Source of the DNA: Candidatus Thorarchaeota archaeon
GTDB lineage: Archaea; Asgardarchaeota; Thorarchaeia; Thorarchaeales; Thorarchaeaceae
Reading direction: 5' to 3'
DNA: 43,142 nucleotides
NCBI GenBank assembly: GCA_046482545.1
Contig: JAWOEX010000011.1
Coordinates: 1 to 43,142, forward strand
The translations under genes were made by a program, and so were the position numbers. A model generated the notes under the pieces. It saw nothing but the letters and a program-made list of their open reading frames with translations. It was not told where the DNA came from and searched no databases. Positions within the stretch are counted from its first letter, which is position 1; each line of letters starts with the position of its first letter. Shown piece after piece: positions 39,027-43,142 of the stretch.

Positions 39027-39707
39027 ATGGAAAGAGTGGTCTTTGTGAGCATATTGCAAATCCTGTTGGCTTGGTTCCTATTATCGCTTACAGGAGCTTT
39101 AGCCCCGGGACCATTATCTGCAGCAGTCGTTATGCAAGCAAGCAAGAAGGGAAAGCTTTACGGTATATTGCCTATGGTGGGCCATGCTCTGGTCGAACTG
39201 GGTATTGTGTTTGCAATAGCAATTAGTGTTGAGATGATTGCCCTTACACCATTCGCTATCGACATGCTTCTCTTCTTTGGTGGTATCGTCATCGTTGCAT
39301 ATGGAGGAATGGCGCTAAAGGCCCTCAAAGCGAAGGTCCGGGAACCTAAGGAAGAAAAAACAGGTAGTGAATCCCCCGTTACTGCCGTCGAAGCGACCGC
39401 ACAGGGTGTAGTAGTCAGTATTTTCTCACCGTACTTCCTTCTTTGGTGGTTCGCTGTAGGGGTGGCAAATGTATCAATGCTTATTTCTGAACTGAGCGTT
39501 GGACTCGGAACTGTTTTGATTGCTGGCACATTGATTTACCTCACACACATTTCGACAGATTTCATTTTTGGTGGGGTCTTGGCTGTGACGACCGATGCAG
39601 CCGCCCAAAAAGCAAGATTCAAGGGAATCAATCTCATAAATCTCATAATTGGGTTATTCCAAATCGCTTTGGGTTTGTGGTTCGTAGTCCGAGCAATTGT
39701 CTTCTGA
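39027..39707 (+). CDS. LysE family translocator
   Basis: LTGALAPGPL, GHALVE, SPYFLLWW, about 6 TMs. Confidence 0.85.
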   Translation: MERVVFVSILQILLAWFLLSLTGALAPGPLSAAVVMQASKKGKLYGILPMVGHALVELGIVFAIAISVEMIALTPFAIDMLLFFGGIVIVAYGGMALKALKAKVREPKEEKTGSESPVTAVEATAQGVVVSIFSPYFLLWWFAVGVANVSMLISELSVGLGTVLIAGTLIYLTHISTDFIFGGVLAVTTDAAAQKARFKGINLINLIIGLFQIALGLWFVVRAIVF

Positions 39708-39769
39708 GCCAGATGAAGCCACCTAAAGGGAGAAACCGTTTAAATGCGTAAACGATTCTATGAATTGTT

Positions 39770-40387
39770 ATGCCTCCTGACTCACCAATTGCCTTGATTA
39801 CCGGGTACGAGCCATTTGATGGATATTCAATGAATCCTTCCAGTAAGATTGCCAAAGAGCTTGACGGGGGAAGAATTGGCCGTTACATCGTCAAAGGCGT
39901 GGAATTACCTCTGGATTACGACTTCGTGCCAGACAGAATCAGGTCCCTTGTGACTTCGGCAAAACCTGAGCTGATTCTGTGTATGGGACAGGCAAACAGA
40001 GCGGCAATATCACTTGAGAGGCTTGCGAAAAATGTCGTGAATACTAAAAGAGAAGATAACTACGGCAACAAGCCTACATCAGATGTTATCGATCCTGATG
40101 CGCCTGGGGCCTATTTTTCGAATCTTCCTTTGAACAGACTGGTTTCACTACTCAGAGAACATGGTATACCTGCTTACATAAGCTACGACGCGGGAGCCTA
40201 TGGCTGTAACCTTGTGCTATTCCACGTGCTACAGATGTTTCACAACGGGCTGCATGAAAGCAAAGCGGGCTTCATTCATATTCCATGCACGCCTAGACAG
40301 GCAATCGAGAAGGATAAGATGAGCTTGCCTACAATGCCCTTTGACATGTCGCTTCGAGCGGTTAAGCTTGTTTTGGAACATGTCTAG
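39770..40387 (+). CDS. pcp: Pyroglutamyl-peptidase I
   Basis: LITGYEPF..NPS, ISLERLAKN, SYDAGAYGCN, GFIHIP (E/C/H triad). Confidence 0.92.
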   Translation: MPPDSPIALITGYEPFDGYSMNPSSKIAKELDGGRIGRYIVKGVELPLDYDFVPDRIRSLVTSAKPELILCMGQANRAAISLERLAKNVVNTKREDNYGNKPTSDVIDPDAPGAYFSNLPLNRLVSLLREHGIPAYISYDAGAYGCNLVLFHVLQMFHNGLHESKAGFIHIPCTPRQAIEKDKMSLPTMPFDMSLRAVKLVLEHV

Positions 40388-40487
40388 ACGGGAAGTCTGT
40401 CTATTCAATTAATCAGCAAATTCTGCGTAAATGTGGCGGTAATGTAGCTTGAATAACTGAGAATCTACCAACCTCAGCTCTCCCAAG

Positions 40488-40631
40488 GGAGCCTGTGTGA
40501 AAAGTCATACCAACATATCGGAATGATTCATATTATTGTTCCTGATTGTCAGGATTCATGCATTTGAATAGCAAATTGACAGCTCATTTGAATTTCTCAC
40601 AACAATTCCGCCTACTTTTTCCACAGAGCCC
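40488..40631. mobile_element. Degenerate MITE-like element (144 bp) with IS5-like ends, flanked by a TCCCAAG direct repeat
   Basis: Left end GGAGCCTGTGTGAAAAGT vs reverse complement of right end GGGCTCTGTGGAAAAAGT (13/18). TCCCAAG at 40481-87 and 40632-38. Confidence 0.6.
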
Positions 40632-40638
40632 TCCCAAG

Positions 40639-41626
40639 GGGCTCTGTAAAATAATACAATGATTAAGAGGCGAGTCGGTCACGGCATATGATTTATGGCT
40701 TACGACAGGTCATACAACGCGGCCAAAGCTTGCCGTTTTCGCTATCTCCTTCAAGAGCTTATGAGCCTTTGTAATACCCTTCCGGATGTCCGGTCTCGCC
40801 GCGGTCGACCGGTGGAATTCCCCCTCCCGGTGCTGTTCGTCCTCCTCGGGCTCAAATTCGATGCAGGGCTGGGGTACCGTGATTTCGTAGCCTGGCTTGC
40901 CCTCCAACCAGACCTGCTTGACCAACTGGGAATTCAACGCCCACCCAGCCACACCCTCCTCAACAGAGCCCTCAAGCGACTGGACACCCGGCTCCTCCAC
41001 CGGCTGTACGAGATCGTTGCCAGGAGGCAACCTCCACCCAGACGGGTCGCGGTGGACGCCTCCGGCTTCTCTCATGCAACCGGTGGCAAGTGGGCGTCTG
41101 TACGGTTCAAGAAGACGCGGAGACGACGGTTCCATGCCCTTCACGCGGCCGTGGACACCAATACTCTGCTGGTTCATGCGGCCCGGATACGAGCTCGACC
41201 CGGTGGAGATGCCACACACCTGGTTTCCCTGTTGCGACGGGTGCCAGACAATGAGCTTGTAACGGTCTACGGTGACAAGGCCTACATCTCCAAGAAGAAC
41301 GCTCAGTTCGTAACAGAGCTGGGTGCCTACCCGGCTATCGAGCCAAAACGGAATCTGCGAGCTCGATCCCGGGGCCACAGAGGATACGGGCGGTTTCTGC
41401 GGGAGTACAGAGCTAACCCGGATAAGTGGAAACAGACACATCAGTACGGCCAGCGAAGTCTTGCGGAAACAGTGTTCAGCATGCTGAAGGTACGGTTCGG
41501 TGGAAGTTTGAGCTCGCGGGGCTACAAAGAGCGGCGACGAGAGCTGCTGATCAAAGTCCTTCTGCACAACATCCAACAGGTGAACTTCCTGGAGTGTGCT
41601 GCAAGGTGACTTATTTTACAGAGCTC
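40639..41626 (+). mobile_element. IS5-family insertion sequence (988 bp)
   Basis: 16-bp TIRs GGGCTCTGTAAAATAA (40639-54) / TTATTTTACAGAGCTC (41611-26), one mismatch. Single transposase; visibly GC-richer than the flanks. Confidence 0.88.
40695..41609 (+). CDS. IS5-family DDE transposase
   Basis: VAVDASGF, LHAAVD, YGDKAY, Y.QRSLAETVFSMLK (YREK-like motif). Confidence 0.93.
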   Translation: MAYDRSYNAAKACRFRYLLQELMSLCNTLPDVRSRRGRPVEFPLPVLFVLLGLKFDAGLGYRDFVAWLALQPDLLDQLGIQRPPSHTLLNRALKRLDTRLLHRLYEIVARRQPPPRRVAVDASGFSHATGGKWASVRFKKTRRRRFHALHAAVDTNTLLVHAARIRARPGGDATHLVSLLRRVPDNELVTVYGDKAYISKKNAQFVTELGAYPAIEPKRNLRARSRGHRGYGRFLREYRANPDKWKQTHQYGQRSLAETVFSMLKVRFGGSLSSRGYKERRRELLIKVLLHNIQQVNFLECAAR

Positions 41627-41700
41627 TATTCACCAGACCATTGCTCTCTCCTTGTTATATCTGCATGTAATAAAAACAACCGAATAATCTTGCGCGTCAT

Positions 41701-42687
41701 TCATGAAATTTCGTAGAGTTCTTGAGCGTTTTCTATGCACCTTTCCAATGCTTCCTCCAATTTTACAGTTGGATTCCAGTCTAGTTCCTGTTCGGCTTTT
41801 TCGGTACTAGGAATTCTTTGTTCTATATCATCGTCATATATCGGAACATGTTCAAATTCCAATTCTTCGCCGTCAATCAGGCCTTTTTCCTTTCCTTTTT
41901 CAAAAATCCTCTGAGCAAGCTCTTTCATGGTAACAGGTTCGGGATTAGCTAAATTGTAAGACTCATTAGCCGTCACTTCACTAAAACTCCATTCTGCTAT
42001 GGTTCTTGCGATATCGTCTATCCAAGTAAAACATCGGATTTGTTTACCACTTCCGAATATTCGCATAGGGTTTTGCTTCTCGAACAAAAGCTTCCGTATG
42101 AAATCTGCAAACACATGAGATAATCCTTCTTCCTCTTCGCCCTTTTCATAGGGAGTAATAATATTGAAGGGTCTCCATATTGTATAATCAATCCCATACT
42201 GCTTTTTGAAGGCCATACACATCCTTTCACCCACAACTTTTGAGAGACCATAATCAGTTGAAGGTATTTTCAAATCAAAAACCTCACTTTCTCTATGGGG
42301 TGGATCATCTCTTTCATATACGATAGAAGAAGATATGTAGACTAGTTTCCTGATATCTTTATCTTTAGCAAATTTACAAATATTACTGTGTAATTGTATA
42401 TCATTTGAGAGTATGTCGGCTGGATTCTCATGGAAAACCTTCACACCATAAATCTTAGCTGCTCCCTGGATTATTCCATTCACTTCCCCCACTTTCTTCA
42501 GAACGTCGTAATTTGTTAAATCACCCTTTATATATTCATAATCTTCGGCTATTTTCATTTTTCTATATGTTTCTTCATCGTATCTGAATTGATTGTCAAT
42601 GCCAATTACATCGTGTTTCTCCATAATCAGGTTTTTTATGGTCCACTGCATTAAGGACCCTTCACTGCCAGTCACAAGAATTCTCAT
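41701..42687 (-). CDS. NAD-dependent nucleotide-sugar epimerase/dehydratase (extended SDR)
   Basis: MRILVTGSEGSL, YISSS, YGLSK, RPFN, GKQIRCFTWIDD. ATGA overlap with the upstream gene. Confidence 0.92.
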   Translation of the reverse strand: MRILVTGSEGSLMQWTIKNLIMEKHDVIGIDNQFRYDEETYRKMKIAEDYEYIKGDLTNYDVLKKVGEVNGIIQGAAKIYGVKVFHENPADILSNDIQLHSNICKFAKDKDIRKLVYISSSIVYERDDPPHRESEVFDLKIPSTDYGLSKVVGERMCMAFKKQYGIDYTIWRPFNIITPYEKGEEEEGLSHVFADFIRKLLFEKQNPMRIFGSGKQIRCFTWIDDIARTIAEWSFSEVTANESYNLANPEPVTMKELAQRIFEKGKEKGLIDGEELEFEHVPIYDDDIEQRIPSTEKAEQELDWNPTVKLEEALERCIENAQELYEIS

Positions 42688-43142
42688 TTCGATACTCCCT
42701 TTCCGAAAAATAGACCGTTTTTTGACTTGTACCTTTGTTCCTTCCAATAACCCCAGATATCACAATACAAACAAGCATCATTGCTCGCTAAAGAAACTAC
42801 TTCTGACAGATTGCTAAATTGTTCATGAGGAGTTACCAAAATTACCCAATCGCTTCCCCTAATATCCTCTAAGTTGTGGAATCCTTCTACATGAGGTTCT
42901 ACTTCAACGATTTCGCAATGTGGAAATCTGAGTCTTAGCCTTTTTCTAAATCTGAAGGCTACCGAGTCTCGGATATCATCAGACCCCCTTTTGAAGGTCA
43001 TGCCTAGGAGCGAGACTTTTTCTGGTTTAGGAGAATCTTCCTTCAACCGATCTAAGATGCTGTTCACTATACCTTCGTTGATTCTAAAGGCTGAAGAAAT
43101 CATCTCATCATAGGGAATCTTATCTACCAAAAACCACCCGTC
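42684..43142 (-). CDS. UDP-glucose/GDP-mannose dehydrogenase family protein, 3' part (5'-partial)
   Basis: Frame open to the window end (DGWFL...); LLGMTFKRGSDDIRDS, EPHV, VTPHEQF, CDIWG. Confidence 0.88.
   Translation of the reverse strand, partial: DGWFLVDKIPYDEMISSAFRINEGIVNSILDRLKEDSPKPEKVSLLGMTFKRGSDDIRDSVAFRFRKRLRLRFPHCEIVEVEPHVEGFHNLEDIRGSDWVILVTPHEQFSNLSEVVSLASNDACLYCDIWGYWKEQRYKSKNGLFFGKGVSK

Noticed and set aside
40710-41576. 288-aa antisense ORF inside the IS
   Set aside because: It fully overlaps a clear transposase in GC-rich DNA and has no recognisable motifs; a shadow ORF.
1-43142. CRISPR array, tRNA or rRNA genes
   Set aside because: No regularly spaced repeats, cloverleaf/T-loop signatures or rRNA motifs were seen on manual reading.

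Overview
Gene-dense archaeal chromosomal window with no rRNA, tRNA or CRISPR array detected. The gene repertoire suggests an Asgard archaeon, probably Thorarchaeia; this is an inference, not a demonstrated assignment. Most of the window encodes anaerobic peptide/amino-acid metabolism and housekeeping functions: a group 3 [NiFe]-hydrogenase large subunit lacking its C-terminal Ni ligands, a penicillin-acylase-like Ntn hydrolase, a two-subunit CoA-transferase, a W-type aldehyde:ferredoxin oxidoreductase, an orphan EutA, two nitroreductases, TrmO, MscS, GPH/APC/LysE transporters and pyroglutamyl peptidase. The most notable items are: (1) a two-gene cassette at 4.8-6.2 kb with the architecture of a secreted pre-pro membrane-active toxin (candidate archaeocin) followed by a 4-TM candidate immunity protein; (2) a 4xCBS + HPF/RaiA-like candidate ribosome hibernation factor; (3) the VhuA-like split hydrogenase; (4) a kinase-less signalling set of three stand-alone receivers, a TPR protein with a 4-Cys tail and a distant DHp-REC without an ATPase domain, preceded by a structured AT-rich non-coding region; (5) decayed genes (a HEPN-MNT remnant and two membrane-protein pseudogenes); and (6) an IS5-type element in tandem with a related MITE at the edge of an AT-rich nucleotide-sugar cluster. 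All family calls come from motif recognition only; no searches were run.
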